Assembly (NCBI GenBank): GCA_002423965.1
Contig: DIOR01000023.1
Span: forward strand, 90,997-154,996
Direction: 5' to 3'
DNA: 64,000 nt
Source: Firmicutes bacterium UBA5509
Lineage (GTDB): Bacteria > Bacillota > Proteinivoracia > UBA4975
Shown: in pieces, positions 9,039 to 18,229 of the stretch
Numbering within the stretch: the stretch's first letter is position 1
Layout of the letters: each line of letters begins with the position of its first letter
The notes under the pieces: model-generated
What the model was told of the DNA's origin: nothing
The model's database searches: none
The model's input: only the letters and a program-made list of their open reading frames with translations
Position numbers and translations under genes: made by a program

Positions 9039-10323
9039 AGTTACAGTTATTGGCGGTGGTTTGGCAGGGTGTGAGGCTGCGTGGCAGTTAGCCCTTAGGG
9101 GATGCAAGGTTGCTTTATTTGAGATGCGTCCCCATACATTGACCCCAGCCCATTCCAGTGGCAATTTGGCTGAGTTAGTATGTAGCAACTCCCTGGGGGC
9201 CTTAAACCCAGACAGTGCCGGGGGGTTGCTAAAAGCCGAATTGAGACAGCTTAACTCCCTAATAATGGCTTGCGCCGACGCCGCCCAGGTTCCCGCAGGG
9301 GGGGCCTTGGCAGTGGACCGAGATGTCTTTTCACAGTTGGTAACCAAAAGGATAAGCGAAAATACCAATATCCAAGTGCGCCGGGAGCTATGCACAGATT
9401 TCCCAACTTCCCCGGCGATAATAGCTACTGGTCCTTTGACAGACAACGCCTTTGCCCAGGTCCTAAAGGATAAATTAGGGGAAGGTATGCTCTCTTTCTA
9501 TGACGCCGCCTCCCCAATTATTGAGGCAAGCAGTATCGACTTTTCCCAAGTATTTTGGGGCTCCCGGTATGGAAAAGGCGGCGAAGATTATCTCAACTGT
9601 CCTATGGACTATGAGGAGTACAGCCATTTTTTAACGGAACTTATAGCTGCCAAGACAGTAGTGCAAAAGGAGTTTGAGGAAGGATATTTTGAAAGCTGTC
9701 TGCCTGTGGAAGTGCTGGCGAAACGAGGTCCTAAGACATTGCTCTTTGGACCCCTGAAGCCTGTTGGCCTGTTGGACCCCCGAAGGGAAAAACCACCCTA
9801 TGCCGTTGTCCAGTTACGTCGAGAAGATGCTGAAAGCACCATGTTTAATATGGTAGGCTTTCAGACTAACTTAGTCTGGGGAGAGCAGAAAAGGATTTTT
9901 CGCATGATTCCCGGTTTGCAAAAAGCTGAATTCCATCGCCTGGGCGTAATGCACAGGAACAGCTTTATTAATTCTCCCAAGCTCTTAGTGAAGAATTATC
10001 AACTAAAGGACTTTCCGGGAGTTTATATTGCCGGTCAGCTGGCAGGGGTGGAAGGATATTTGGAGTCCACTGGTTCTGGCCTTGTCGCTGCCTTGCATTT
10101 GTGGGGAGAGTTATGCGGCAGAGAAGTCACTTTGCCTTTAGATACCCTGCTGGGGGCACTGGCAGCATATACAGTGCGACCTAACTCAGATTTTCAACCT
10201 ATGAATGCAAACTTTGGACTTCTACCACCCTTCGCTATGAAATTAAGTAAAAAGGAAAGGCGTCAACAATATTCCGAACGTTCATTGAAAAACTTATTAG
10301 TTTGGGTGAACAATTTTGTATGA
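9031..10323 (+). CDS. trmFO: Methylenetetrahydrofolate--tRNA-(uracil54-C5)-methyltransferase TrmFO (Gid)
   Basis: VTVIGGGLAGCEAAWQLA FAD-binding N-terminus. Sits in the topA-gid-xerC synteny. Confidence 0.95.
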   Translation: MHRVTVIGGGLAGCEAAWQLALRGCKVALFEMRPHTLTPAHSSGNLAELVCSNSLGALNPDSAGGLLKAELRQLNSLIMACADAAQVPAGGALAVDRDVFSQLVTKRISENTNIQVRRELCTDFPTSPAIIATGPLTDNAFAQVLKDKLGEGMLSFYDAASPIIEASSIDFSQVFWGSRYGKGGEDYLNCPMDYEEYSHFLTELIAAKTVVQKEFEEGYFESCLPVEVLAKRGPKTLLFGPLKPVGLLDPRREKPPYAVVQLRREDAESTMFNMVGFQTNLVWGEQKRIFRMIPGLQKAEFHRLGVMHRNSFINSPKLLVKNYQLKDFPGVYIAGQLAGVEGYLESTGSGLVAALHLWGELCGREVTLPLDTLLGALAAYTVRPNSDFQPMNANFGLLPPFAMKLSKKERRQQYSERSLKNLLVWVNNFV

Positions 10324-10380
10324 AAATCTTGTATTCTTATTAGAACTTTGCTATTATAGTGAAAGGGTGCTTTAGTTGGG

Positions 10381-11235
10381 ATAGCCGCAGAGTATGTTCA
10401 ATGGTTAAACGTTAATGGTTACTCACCTGACACCGTCAAGGCATATCAGCATGATGTTGAAGAGTTCTTGCTCTCCCTACCTGACAAGCCGGGTAATGCA
10501 GACCGAAACGACATCCGCCGTTTTTTGGCACTTGTCCAATCTCGTGGTTGTTCAAAACGCAGTGCTGCCCGCAAACTGGCAGCAGTACGTAGTTTTTTCC
10601 GGTTTTGTCATTTAGCCGATGCCGGGGATAATCCCGCCAAGGCAATCCGAACACCAAAGTTTGGTCGCTCCTTACCAACATTTCTTTATCCTGATACCGT
10701 GACTGCGTTGTTGGAATTACCCGATTCCAGTCCTCTGGGTTTAAGGGATAGAGCACTTTTGGAGCTCCTCTACGCTACCGGTATTCGGGTTGGGGAATTA
10801 GTTGCCATGGAGATTGGGGATTATCGGCGGGAAACTCGTCAAATTCTTGTCACAGGTAAGGGAAATAAGCAGCGCTTGTTGCCGGTTCACCAGATGGCAA
10901 TGGCAACATTGGACAGTTATCTTAACCAAGGCCGTCCACAGCTATTGTCTCAGCCCACTTTACGTATTTGGCTTAACAACAAGGGCACCCCCTTAGGACA
11001 AAGGGGAGTTAGGTGGATCTTATCCAAGTACTGCCAACGCTTATGTCTGCTACAATCAGTTTCACCCCACGTCATCAGGCATAGCTTTGCAACTCATCTG
11101 CTTGAAAATGGTGCTGACTTGCGGACGGTTCAGGAGCTATTGGGTCACTCCAGTTTATCTTCAACTCAAATCTATACCCATGTGACCAAGGAACATCTTA
11201 AATCTGTCTATGCCAAAAGCCATCCCCGAGCTTAG
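10381..11235 (+). CDS. xerC: Tyrosine recombinase XerC/CodV. The homologous reading frame opens at 10363 and the first canonical start is the TTG at 10468.
   Basis: The core-binding-domain sequence (AAEYVQWLNVNGYSPDTVKAYQHDVEEF) is in frame upstream of the first ATG/GTG/TTG. AAGGGTG lies 11 nt before an ATA codon at 10381. The C-terminus carries the catalytic RHSFATHLL...HSSLSSTQIYTHV motifs. Confidence 0.85.
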   Translation: MAAEYVQWLNVNGYSPDTVKAYQHDVEEFLLSLPDKPGNADRNDIRRFLALVQSRGCSKRSAARKLAAVRSFFRFCHLADAGDNPAKAIRTPKFGRSLPTFLYPDTVTALLELPDSSPLGLRDRALLELLYATGIRVGELVAMEIGDYRRETRQILVTGKGNKQRLLPVHQMAMATLDSYLNQGRPQLLSQPTLRIWLNNKGTPLGQRGVRWILSKYCQRLCLLQSVSPHVIRHSFATHLLENGADLRTVQELLGHSSLSSTQIYTHVTKEHLKSVYAKSHPRA

Positions 11236-11267
11236 CACCAATTTAATAAAAATAGGAGGTAAAGGCA

Positions 11268-11996
11268 ATGCAAAACTTGTTACAGAAGACCCGACGCTTA
11301 AACAGATTTCTACAGCGTTCTGGGGGTCAAGTTGTTGCTGTCGAAGATTTGGTGAATATTATGGAGGAGTTAATTGACGCCGACGTACTCCTTGTCAATG
11401 ATCAAGGAGATGTTATGGCTAACTCGTCTAACCTTGGAGATGGAAGCAAAATTGATTTCCCCAGAGATCTCAGTGATACTCTCCTCAGTCTAGAGGGCAG
11501 TTTGGCAAATCTCACTGAGGGCACTGAAAAACTATTCCCGGGCAAATTCAGCCTAATTGTACCTGTTAGTGGCGGTAATCAAAGGCTGGGTAACTTGGTG
11601 CTATCACGGAAAAATAAGTTTGAAATTGCTGACCTGATTATTGCTGAACTAGGTGCAACTATCACTGGTCTGGGAGTTATACGGGCAAAAGAAGCCATTC
11701 TCGAAGAAGAAAACCGCAACAGATCTGTGGTCAAAATGGCCCTGGACACCCTGTCCTATTCAGAGCAGGAAGCAGTCGAACATATTTTTAAAGAACTTAA
11801 TGGCAAAGAAGGTCTGTTGGTTGCAAGCAAAATTGCCGACAGAGTTGGCATTACCCGTTCCGTTATCGTCAATGCCCTGCGCAAGTTTGAAAGTGCCGGC
11901 GTTATAGAATCACGTTCCTTGGGTATGAAGGGAACTTTCATCAGGATTCTAAACGACCAGTTGCTACCAGAGCTGGAAAAACTCCGGAACAGATAA
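11268..11996 (+). CDS. codY: GTP/BCAA-sensing global regulator CodY
   Basis: Near-identity to B. subtilis CodY over the C-terminal HTH (ASKIADRVGITRSVIVNALRK.ESAGVIESRSLGMKGT). AGGAGG Shine-Dalgarno. Confidence 0.95.
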   Translation: MQNLLQKTRRLNRFLQRSGGQVVAVEDLVNIMEELIDADVLLVNDQGDVMANSSNLGDGSKIDFPRDLSDTLLSLEGSLANLTEGTEKLFPGKFSLIVPVSGGNQRLGNLVLSRKNKFEIADLIIAELGATITGLGVIRAKEAILEEENRNRSVVKMALDTLSYSEQEAVEHIFKELNGKEGLLVASKIADRVGITRSVIVNALRKFESAGVIESRSLGMKGTFIRILNDQLLPELEKLRNR

Positions 11997-12025
11997 GCCC
12001 TCTTACGGGGGCTCTTTTTCTTTCT
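11997..12025 (+). terminator. Short hairpin (AGCCC/GGGCT) followed by CTTTTTCTTTCTG after codY
   Basis: Inverted repeat plus a U-rich tail; the stem is only 5 bp. Confidence 0.45.
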
Positions 12026-12095
12026 GCATTATTCAAGCAGGAAAAAGCGGCCAATTTGTCGAAATTAGTTTAAAACACGCACAGGGGGAGAGGAA

Positions 12096-12464
12096 TTGGG
12101 TCTAAATAATCGCATTCTTGTTGTAGATGATGCAGCCTTCATGCGGATGATGATTAGAGATATTCTCACCAAAAATAATTTCGAAGTAGTAGGTGAGGCC
12201 ACCAATGGCGATGAAGCTGTCAGCAAATATATTGAATTAAAGCCCGACCTGGTCACCCTGGATATTACCATGCCCGGCATGGATGGGGTCACCGTCCTAA
12301 AAAAAATTCGGGAGCATGATCCCTCAGCTCGGGTTGTAATGTGTTCAGCCATGGGGCAGCAGGCCATGGTTGTTGAGGCTATCCAAAATGGGGCCAGGGA
12401 CTTTATCAATAAGCCCTTTCATCCCCAAAAGGTTGTTGAAATACTCCGCCGGGCATTGAGATAG
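12096..12464 (+). CDS. cheY: Chemotaxis response regulator CheY (stand-alone receiver)
   Basis: 122 aa. ILVVDDAAFMR...DITMPGMDG...NKPF receiver motifs. TTG start after GGGGGAGAGG. Confidence 0.9.
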   Translation: MGLNNRILVVDDAAFMRMMIRDILTKNNFEVVGEATNGDEAVSKYIELKPDLVTLDITMPGMDGVTVLKKIREHDPSARVVMCSAMGQQAMVVEAIQNGARDFINKPFHPQKVVEILRRALR

Positions 12465-14441
12465 GTGATGACTGTGGACAATATAGACTTAAACACATAC
12501 CTGCCCATCTTTATAGAAGAGACCAAAGAAAATATCCAGCAGATTTCTTCTAACCTTCTGCGTTTAGAGCAAGATGAAAATGATGTTGAGGCTATTAACG
12601 AAATTTTTCGGGCTGCTCACACCCTTAAAGGAATGTCTGCCACTATGGGTTATTCCGATATTAGTCAGCTAGCCCACCAGGCTGAGAATCTACTGGATGA
12701 GGTTCGCAACAATAAAACCCATATTACTTCTACTATGATTACCGGCTTTTTTCACATAGTCGATGAGTTTGAAGCTCAGCTGAATTCCTTAGTGGAAACT
12801 GGTGAACCCAGCAAAATCTCACAAGAACGATACCAAGAGATTCTCGCTTTCTTTTCACCGTCTCAGGTAGTGGCTCCCCTAGAGATTATGGAGAAGATCA
12901 GTGAAACGTCAAGGGAAGAAGCTACCGAGGGCGAATGTTTCCTCTTAGAAATATTTTTTAGCAGGGACTGCCAACTTCCTCAAGCTAGGGCGATGATTAT
13001 CTGCAACCAGCTTGCCTCAGTTGGCAAATTGCTTGAGACTTCACCTTCTCAAAAGCATTTGGCTGAACGGGACCAATTGGATAAGCTTACCTGCCGGGTT
13101 TCGGACATTCGTCCTGAGCAGGTCCGGGCTCTTCTGGAGGGTGGAGTTGAAGTTGATTATTACACCATCGAAAAGTACAATTGTGACCAGGAGATTGCGC
13201 CCCAGGTAACAGAGGAAGAAGGAGGGTTTCGTCAGCCTCAGGACAGTACTGATAACTCCGATTCCCACCATGATCCTCTTGTACTCCGGCATACAATTCG
13301 AGTGGATACCGAGAAACTTGATCAGCTTCTCAATTTGGTCAGTGAACTGGTTATCAATAAGACATCCCTACTGCAAGCGGCTACCAACTTTCCCTTACTG
13401 GCTGATGGGGTTGAACATCTCCATCGCCTTACTAGCGAATTGCAAGTAATTGTTATGAAAATGAGGATGATTCCCTTAGAAACAGTCTTTAACCGCTTCC
13501 CCCGCATGGTAAGGGATACCGCAATGGCTGTGGATAAATTGGTTAACTTCGAGATTCGCGGCGCAGAAACAGAGCTAGATAGGACTATAATTGATGATAT
13601 CTCCGATCCCCTTGTTCACTTGCTCCGCAATGCCATTGACCATGGAATCGAAGCTGTGGATCGCCGGGTCAGCATTGGCAAGCCAAGGACAGGTACCATT
13701 CGCCTTGAGGCCTACCAAACAGGAAATCAAGTTGTTATTGAAGTTTCTGATGATGGTCACGGCCTTGATATAGAACAAATACGAGCAAAATCCCGAGAAA
13801 TGGGTTTGCCAGGAGTGGATGCTGATGCAGGTGAATTGGCCAATTTGATTTTCACTCCCGGCTTCAGCACAGTGGAGAGCATCACTGATTTATCTGGCCG
13901 GGGCGTGGGCCTGGACGTGGTAAAAAACTCAATTGAAGCCCTGGGCGGTTCCACCGATGTGTATTCTCGCCCCAATGAGGGCACAACCTTTAAGATTTCT
14001 CTTCCTCTAACTTTAGCAATTATCCAAGGGCTATTGGTCAAATGTAGTGAGGAAATTTACGTCATCCCCTTGAGTTATATCGCGGAAACAGGAATTATCT
14101 TTCCCGAAGATATTCAGACCATTGGTCAACAAGAGATTGTCATGTTGCGAGGAAAGGTACTACCAATTGTCTGTTTAAATAAGCTCCTGGAGATTGAAGG
14201 TCCTGGTCCTACTGAAGAATTGAGCTTGGTTGTGGTCAGATACGGAGAACGGCAAATTGGCATTATCGTAGATGACTTGCTGGGTCAGCAAGATATTGTT
14301 ATAAAAAATGTCAACTGGGGTGAACAATTTTTCCGCAGCTTCCTTGGATGCTCAATACTTGGCGACGGGTCAGTGGTCATGATACTGGACATCAATGTTC
14401 TCCTATCAGTTGTAAGAGCGAGGGAGGTCAATCATGCTTAA
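12465..14441 (+). CDS. cheA: Chemotaxis histidine kinase CheA
   Basis: HPt domain (AAHTLKGMSATMGY), P2, dimerisation and HATPase_c domains (GRGVGLDVVK), and a C-terminal CheW-like domain. Confidence 0.95.
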   Translation: MMTVDNIDLNTYLPIFIEETKENIQQISSNLLRLEQDENDVEAINEIFRAAHTLKGMSATMGYSDISQLAHQAENLLDEVRNNKTHITSTMITGFFHIVDEFEAQLNSLVETGEPSKISQERYQEILAFFSPSQVVAPLEIMEKISETSREEATEGECFLLEIFFSRDCQLPQARAMIICNQLASVGKLLETSPSQKHLAERDQLDKLTCRVSDIRPEQVRALLEGGVEVDYYTIEKYNCDQEIAPQVTEEEGGFRQPQDSTDNSDSHHDPLVLRHTIRVDTEKLDQLLNLVSELVINKTSLLQAATNFPLLADGVEHLHRLTSELQVIVMKMRMIPLETVFNRFPRMVRDTAMAVDKLVNFEIRGAETELDRTIIDDISDPLVHLLRNAIDHGIEAVDRRVSIGKPRTGTIRLEAYQTGNQVVIEVSDDGHGLDIEQIRAKSREMGLPGVDADAGELANLIFTPGFSTVESITDLSGRGVGLDVVKNSIEALGGSTDVYSRPNEGTTFKISLPLTLAIIQGLLVKCSEEIYVIPLSYIAETGIIFPEDIQTIGQQEIVMLRGKVLPIVCLNKLLEIEGPGPTEELSLVVVRYGERQIGIIVDDLLGQQDIVIKNVNWGEQFFRSFLGCSILGDGSVVMILDINVLLSVVRAREVNHA

Positions 14442-14880
14442 ACAATTTGTTGTTTTTCCTCTTGAAGACGAGCTATATGGCGTAGACATCCATCAAGTAA
14501 TGCGCATCGAAAAGATGCTGCCCTTGACACGGGTGCCAAATGCCCCATCATTTGTCATTGGGGTGTGCAATCTACGGGGCAGCGTTATTCCCGTCATTGA
14601 TTTAAAGCAACGTCTAACTCTACCTAGTAATATAGATGAAAATGCGAAAATCATTTTCGTCCATGTAGGCAAGCAGGTTGTGGGCATGACAATAGACTCG
14701 TCTGTTGATGTTACTTCCATCGACTCAGATGAAATCGAACCTTCTCCAAGCCTAGTCACAGGTATAGACTCCCAGTTTATTCAGGGTGTCGCCAAAATCA
14801 GCAACCGATTATTGATTGTCCTAGACATGGAGCGGGTTTTAACATTAGATCAACTCAATGTCTTAGCTGACTTGGATTAG
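14434..14880 (+). CDS. cheW: Chemotaxis coupling protein CheW
   Basis: 148 aa CheW-like domain. GAGGGAGG Shine-Dalgarno. Overlaps cheA by 8 nt. Confidence 0.9.
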   Translation: MLKQFVVFPLEDELYGVDIHQVMRIEKMLPLTRVPNAPSFVIGVCNLRGSVIPVIDLKQRLTLPSNIDENAKIIFVHVGKQVVGMTIDSSVDVTSIDSDEIEPSPSLVTGIDSQFIQGVAKISNRLLIVLDMERVLTLDQLNVLADLD

Positions 14881-14883
14881 CCC

Positions 14884-15495
14884 ATGGAAAAGCTAAACTT
14901 TAACGAGCAGGACTTGCTGACAGAGGTAGGTACAATAGGAACTGGACATGCCGCAACAGCGATGGCAGATATTCTTGGGCAAAAGATCACCATTACAGTG
15001 CCCAATGTGGAATTGGTTAGCTTCAACCGGGTGGCGGAATATATCGGTGCATCAGGAAGTAATTTGGCATGCATTTACTTTGATGTCCTGGGAGATCTAC
15101 CGGGGACTGTCTTGGTGATGTTTACCGAGAACTCTGCCCGCAGGCTGTTGAATACTTTTATGCCCGACGAGCCCCTGATCTTTTTAGAGCTTTCTCAGCT
15201 TCAGCAGTCGGCATTAATGGAAATGGGGAACATCCTTTCGGGAGCTTATCTCACGGCTCTGGCGGACTTTTCTAACCAGCGAATGTCCCTCAGTGTACCG
15301 CGGCTAGCTGTAGACATGGCTGAGGCCATGCTCAGCGTCCCCTTGATTAAGCTGGGCAGCGAGACCGACCGGGCCTTATTGATTCAGGCAAGGTTTTTTG
15401 AGGAATCTAGTAACCGCGGATATATTGTGTTTTTCCCAAACCAAGGGGCTACTACCAGACTGCTAGAGATCTTCGGGGTGGGAAGCGATGGATAA
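14884..15495 (+). CDS. cheC: CheC-family CheY-P phosphatase
   Basis: 203 aa, two CheC-like repeats (GTIGTGHAATAMAD...EMGNILSGAYLTALAD). Confidence 0.85.
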   Translation: MEKLNFNEQDLLTEVGTIGTGHAATAMADILGQKITITVPNVELVSFNRVAEYIGASGSNLACIYFDVLGDLPGTVLVMFTENSARRLLNTFMPDEPLIFLELSQLQQSALMEMGNILSGAYLTALADFSNQRMSLSVPRLAVDMAEAMLSVPLIKLGSETDRALLIQARFFEESSNRGYIVFFPNQGATTRLLEIFGVGSDG

Positions 15496-15964
15496 CTATC
15501 AAATTGGCATGGCTCAACTATATGTCGCAAAAAGCCCTGGGATAATCCGCTCTACCGGCTTGGGTTCCTGCATTGGCATTATTCTCTACGACCCTTTTGC
15601 CAAAGTCGGGGGCATGGCCCACGCAATGCTGCCAAAACATCGCCCGGGCAGAGGGGACAATAAAGCTAAATATGTGGACACAGCAATAAATACAATGCTA
15701 GAGGATATGGAGGCCCTGGGTGCCGGCCCCATGAATATCATTGCCAAGCTTGCAGGGGGGGCTCAGATGTTTCCCGACAGTGACAAGGATAGCCTGATGA
15801 TAATTGGCGAAAAAAATATCGCTGCCGCTGATGAACATCTTGGGACCTTGGGGATTCCCATTGTTGCCAAAGATGTTGGAGGCCATTCGGGGCGAACCCT
15901 AGAGTTGGATTGCAGAGATGGTACATTGTACATAAAGACTGTCACTACCGAAACCAAAATTTAA
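15488..15964 (+). CDS. cheD: Chemoreceptor glutamine deamidase CheD
   Basis: 158 aa. GLGSCIGIILYDP...GGMAHAMLP matches CheD. Overlaps cheC. Confidence 0.9.
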   Translation: MDNYQIGMAQLYVAKSPGIIRSTGLGSCIGIILYDPFAKVGGMAHAMLPKHRPGRGDNKAKYVDTAINTMLEDMEALGAGPMNIIAKLAGGAQMFPDSDKDSLMIIGEKNIAAADEHLGTLGIPIVAKDVGGHSGRTLELDCRDGTLYIKTVTTETKI

Positions 15965-16022
15965 CAAGCTGGCGTAATAACTGCGGTCAAAATAGATATA
16001 CTAGCCTAGGGGGTGTATCAAA

Positions 16023-16604
16023 ATGACCAAAAACAGACGCTGGCTTTCTTTTTTGACAGGAATGTTTACTGGAACTTTACTTGTTCTGATTGTTCTAGCA
16101 GGAGTAATATACTTAGGGGGGCACCAGATCTGGCTACTGCGCATCAATACCCATGAAGTGTCAGACAGGCTGGAGGGTGCCGTCAAACTTATGGCTGAGG
16201 AAACACTGCCGATATTTATTGAGCAAGTAAAGCCCGCGATTCCTGAAATGGTGGCTGAAAATGTCAGCCCCCAGTTTTCTGATGTGAAATTTCAGCTTGG
16301 AGGCGAAGAGTTTTCCTTGCCCAAGGAACTTGCAGAACGCATGGAAGCCAACTACCGGGCTAGTTTGATCATAGCTATAGGCGAATTCCTGGACTCCTTG
16401 CCCCTGGAAGAAATGGGCGAAGAATTAGGCAAGGAAGCCGGGGAGATAGTAGAAAATGCTATTTATGCTGAATTTAACACTCGGCTCTTTGATATTGCTC
16501 TGGCGGACTTTTTTTCAGTGCCAGTGCGCGTTGAGCTTATGGACCAGCCCGGTGAAAAGCCCTTTCGGCTGCAACTGACAGCAGAGACCCGACCCAAACA
16601 ATAA
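16023..16604 (+). CDS. Single-pass membrane protein with an acidic cytoplasmic domain, in the position of B. subtilis swrB/ylxL
   Basis: N-terminal transmembrane segment (FLTGMFTGTLLVLIVLAGVIYL), acidic remainder. The assignment rests on its position between cheD and rpsB; no direct motif evidence. Confidence 0.55.
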   Translation: MTKNRRWLSFLTGMFTGTLLVLIVLAGVIYLGGHQIWLLRINTHEVSDRLEGAVKLMAEETLPIFIEQVKPAIPEMVAENVSPQFSDVKFQLGGEEFSLPKELAERMEANYRASLIIAIGEFLDSLPLEEMGEELGKEAGEIVENAIYAEFNTRLFDIALADFFSVPVRVELMDQPGEKPFRLQLTAETRPKQ

Positions 16605-16607
16605 ACC

Positions 16608-16636
16608 TTGCCAACTAACGCTGAATCTGGTATACT
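16608..16636 (+). promoter_or_regulatory. Sigma-A type promoter for rpsB-tsf (TTGCCA-17 nt-TATACT), followed by a leader of about 90 nt
   Basis: The -35/-10 hexamers and the 17-nt spacing are read directly from the sequence. Confidence 0.65.
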
Positions 16637-16729
16637 GGGCAAGTAAAATTACACACACTTGGCGGCAAACCTTTCAGTGACAGGTTCAAGGTGCCAGGTG
16701 GAGGAAAAACTGAGAGGAGGAAAATGCAT

Positions 16730-17431
16730 ATGTCAGTAGTCAACATGAAACAACTGTTAGAAGCAGGAGTTCACTTTGGTCATCAGACCAGAAGGTGGAA
16801 CCCCAAAATGGCAGCCTATATTTTCACTGAGCGCAATGGCATATATGTCATTGACTTACAAAAAACTGTGCAAAAGTTAGAAGAGGCCTACAACTTCGTA
16901 AAGAATCTTACTATGGAGGGGGGCACCCTTCTATTTGTTGGCACTAAGAAGCAAGCTCAGGCTTCCATCGAGGAAGAGGCCAATCGCTGCGGAATGTTTT
17001 ACGTCAACCAACGCTGGCTGGGTGGCATGCTTACCAATTTTGCTACTATTAGCAAACGGGTAGCGCGCCTAAAACAGTTAGAAGCCATGGAAGAAGACGG
17101 CAGTTACTCAGTCTTACCCAAGAAAGAAGTCATACAGCTACGCCACGAGCGGGATAAGTTGGATAAGTTTCTTAAGGGTATTAAGGACATGGGCAAATTG
17201 CCTGACGCTCTATTTATCGTTGATCCCCGCAAGGAACGGATTGCCATAGCTGAAGCAAGAAAATTAGGTATCCCTATCATTGCTATTGTCGATACCAACT
17301 GCGATCCTGATGAAATTGATTATATCATCCCCGGCAATGATGATGCGATTAGAGCGGTCAACCTTTTTTCCTCAAAAATGGCTGATGCTGTTCTTGAAGG
17401 CAAGCAGGGTGAACAATTAACTGAGGAATAG
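16730..17431 (+). CDS. rpsB: 30S ribosomal protein S2
   Basis: [33 protein letters not shown] lies 9 nt upstream of the ATG. Confidence 0.95.
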   Translation: MSVVNMKQLLEAGVHFGHQTRRWNPKMAAYIFTERNGIYVIDLQKTVQKLEEAYNFVKNLTMEGGTLLFVGTKKQAQASIEEEANRCGMFYVNQRWLGGMLTNFATISKRVARLKQLEAMEEDGSYSVLPKKEVIQLRHERDKLDKFLKGIKDMGKLPDALFIVDPRKERIAIAEARKLGIPIIAIVDTNCDPDEIDYIIPGNDDAIRAVNLFSSKMADAVLEGKQGEQLTEE

Positions 17432-17501
17432 GATAAGGGGGTGAGGGTAATACTTATTTACTCTTACCCACTTTCAAATTACTGGCAAGGAGGAGAAGTT
17501 A

Positions 17502-18143
17502 TTGTCAGCTGGAAGTGTTAAAGAATTACGTGCTCGTACCGGGGCCGGCTTTATGGATTGTAAGCGGGCCCTTGAAGAAACTGGTGGTAATGTTGATAAG
17601 GCTGTTGACCTGCTTAGGGAAAAAGGTCTGGCTGCCGCAGCGAAAAAGTCTGGAAGAATCACTGCAGAAGGCGCAGTTGGCTCATACATACACGGCAATG
17701 GCCGCATTGGCGTCCTAGTAGAAATTAACTGCGAAACTGACTTTGTCGCTAAAAACAGCGATTTTCAAAAGTTAGTTCACGATATTGCCATGCATGTGGC
17801 TGCTGCTAATCCCAAGTATGTGTCTAGGGAAGATGTAGAGCCTGAAGTGCTGGAACATGAAAAGCAGATCCTCATTAACCAAGCCATTAACGAGGGGAAA
17901 AAACCTGAAATCGCCGAAAAGATTGTCGCTGGTCGCTTGGAGAAGTTTATCACTGAGATTTGCTTGCTAGAGCAACCTTTTATCAAGGAACCTGACATTA
18001 CAGTGGGCAAACTGGTTAAGCAAACAATTGCCCAGTTTGGGGAAAACATCTCGGTGCGCAGGTTTACCCGCTTTGAAATGGGAGAAGGGCTGCAAAAGAG
18101 ACAGGAATGTTTTGCCGCTGAAATCGCTAAGCTGCAGCAATAA
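17502..18143 (+). CDS. tsf: Elongation factor Ts (short form)
   Basis: [22 protein letters not shown]-like N-terminus. TTG start after AAGGAGGAG. Confidence 0.9.
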   Translation: MSAGSVKELRARTGAGFMDCKRALEETGGNVDKAVDLLREKGLAAAAKKSGRITAEGAVGSYIHGNGRIGVLVEINCETDFVAKNSDFQKLVHDIAMHVAAANPKYVSREDVEPEVLEHEKQILINQAINEGKKPEIAEKIVAGRLEKFITEICLLEQPFIKEPDITVGKLVKQTIAQFGENISVRRFTRFEMGEGLQKRQECFAAEIAKLQQ

Positions 18144-18150
18144 AAGCAAC

Positions 18151-18176
18151 AGAGCACTCTCAGTGCTCTTTTTTCT
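18151..18176 (+). terminator. Rho-independent terminator after tsf (AGAGCAC-tctca-GTGCTCT + TTTTTTC)
   Basis: Perfect 7-bp stem followed by a U-tract. Confidence 0.8.
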
Positions 18177-18229
18177 GAAAAAAGGTATTTTAATAACGGA
18201 CAGCGAAAGAGAGTTTGGAGGGTTTATAA

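Noticed and set aside
9270-9473. Arg-rich 67-aa ORF (MRRRRPGSRRGG...) in an alternative frame within trmFO.
   Set aside because: Out-of-frame overlap with a conserved gene. It is a typical GC-skew artefact ORF.
10276-10290. GAACGTTC palindrome inside trmFO, considered as a LexA half-site pair.
   Set aside because: No 4-nt spacer between the half-sites, and it is intragenic.
12040-12095. Possible sigma-D-type promoter (GTCGAAAT resembling the GCCGATAT -10) upstream of cheY.
   Set aside because: No TAAA -35 at the required 15-16 nt spacing; only an A-run is present. sigD itself is not in the cluster. Too weak to call.
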